Shown here one piece after another: positions 63,562 through 64,000 of a stretch of 64,000 bases of DNA. The position numbers and the translations under genes were made by a program. The notes under the pieces were generated by a model. The model was not told where the DNA came from. It saw nothing but the letters and a program-made list of their open reading frames with translations, and searched no databases. Location: NCBI GenBank assembly GCA_965113315.1, contig OZ220373.1, one strand, 5' to 3'. This stretch comes from Podarcis vaucheri. Taxonomy: Eukaryota. The first letter of the stretch is position 1. Every line of letters starts with the position of its first letter.

Positions 63562-63650
63562 ATTATAAAGGTGGCACAGATGAAGTTCCTAGGTGGCCTG
63601 GATGGAAGGCCACCTAGGAACCTCATCTGTGCCACCTTCAGTTTTATAAT
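63562..63650. repeat. Near-perfect inverted repeat: 32-bp arms, 7-nt loop
   Basis: 63568-63599 AAGGTGGCACAGATGAAGTTCCTAGGTGGCCT matches the reverse complement of 63607-63638 at 31/32; outer ATTATAAA/TTTATAAT extension. Confidence 0.95.
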
Positions 63651-64000
63651 GGAAGAAAACTGGGTTGCAAATGCATGTACGTAATAATAAACAAGCCATT
63701 TAGGGCTTTGGAAACATTAAAATGTGTGTGCATCCATAATTCTAATACATATTGGACTGAAAGTGTACATTCACAAAAATTCCAGTCCCATTGGAGGAAA
63801 CAATTCTGTGTATACTTCAGGAGAATTTAGGGGTCCATCCATTTAGGGGTCCACTTTTACTTAAGTGCGTAAATCTCTCCCTCTGAAGTCCCATTTACTT
63901 CAACGGGAGAGACTTAAGCACTTAAAAGTGTGTAACCGTCTGGACTGTGCTCTCTATTTGTTGCTGATCTTGTTTGTAACAGCTCCTGAAAATGAATTGG

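Overview
Vertebrate genomic DNA, almost certainly a squamate and probably a lacertid lizard, judged from Podarcis-type Sauria/Squam1 SINEs, a BovB tail, CR1/L2 fragments and lizard hAT/Tc1-mariner MITEs. No intact protein-coding gene is visible. The only recognisable host-protein homologies are two minus-strand processed pseudogenes: COPS8 (~12.2-12.5 kb) and cytoplasmic actin/ACTB (~60.8-62.1 kb, split by a nested L1-like + MITE insertion). Positions 1-40 kb and 52-64 kb are AT-rich and TE-littered. Positions 41-52 kb and 57.5-58.5 kb form a TE-poor cluster of orphan CpG islands dense in homeodomain/POU/SOX/FOX/RFX motifs, as expected in the regulatory landscape of a developmental transcription-factor gene that I cannot name from sequence alone. 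The seven N-runs (260, 132, 332, 428, 212, 172, 260 nt) all have length 8k+4 and lie in unique, motif-rich DNA. They look like computational masks, plausibly over ultraconserved elements, rather than assembly gaps. Other oddities include a 32-bp near-perfect hairpin at 63.6 kb, a solo LTR carrying a nested MITE, a MITE carrying a consensus CTCF site, and two candidate microexons.
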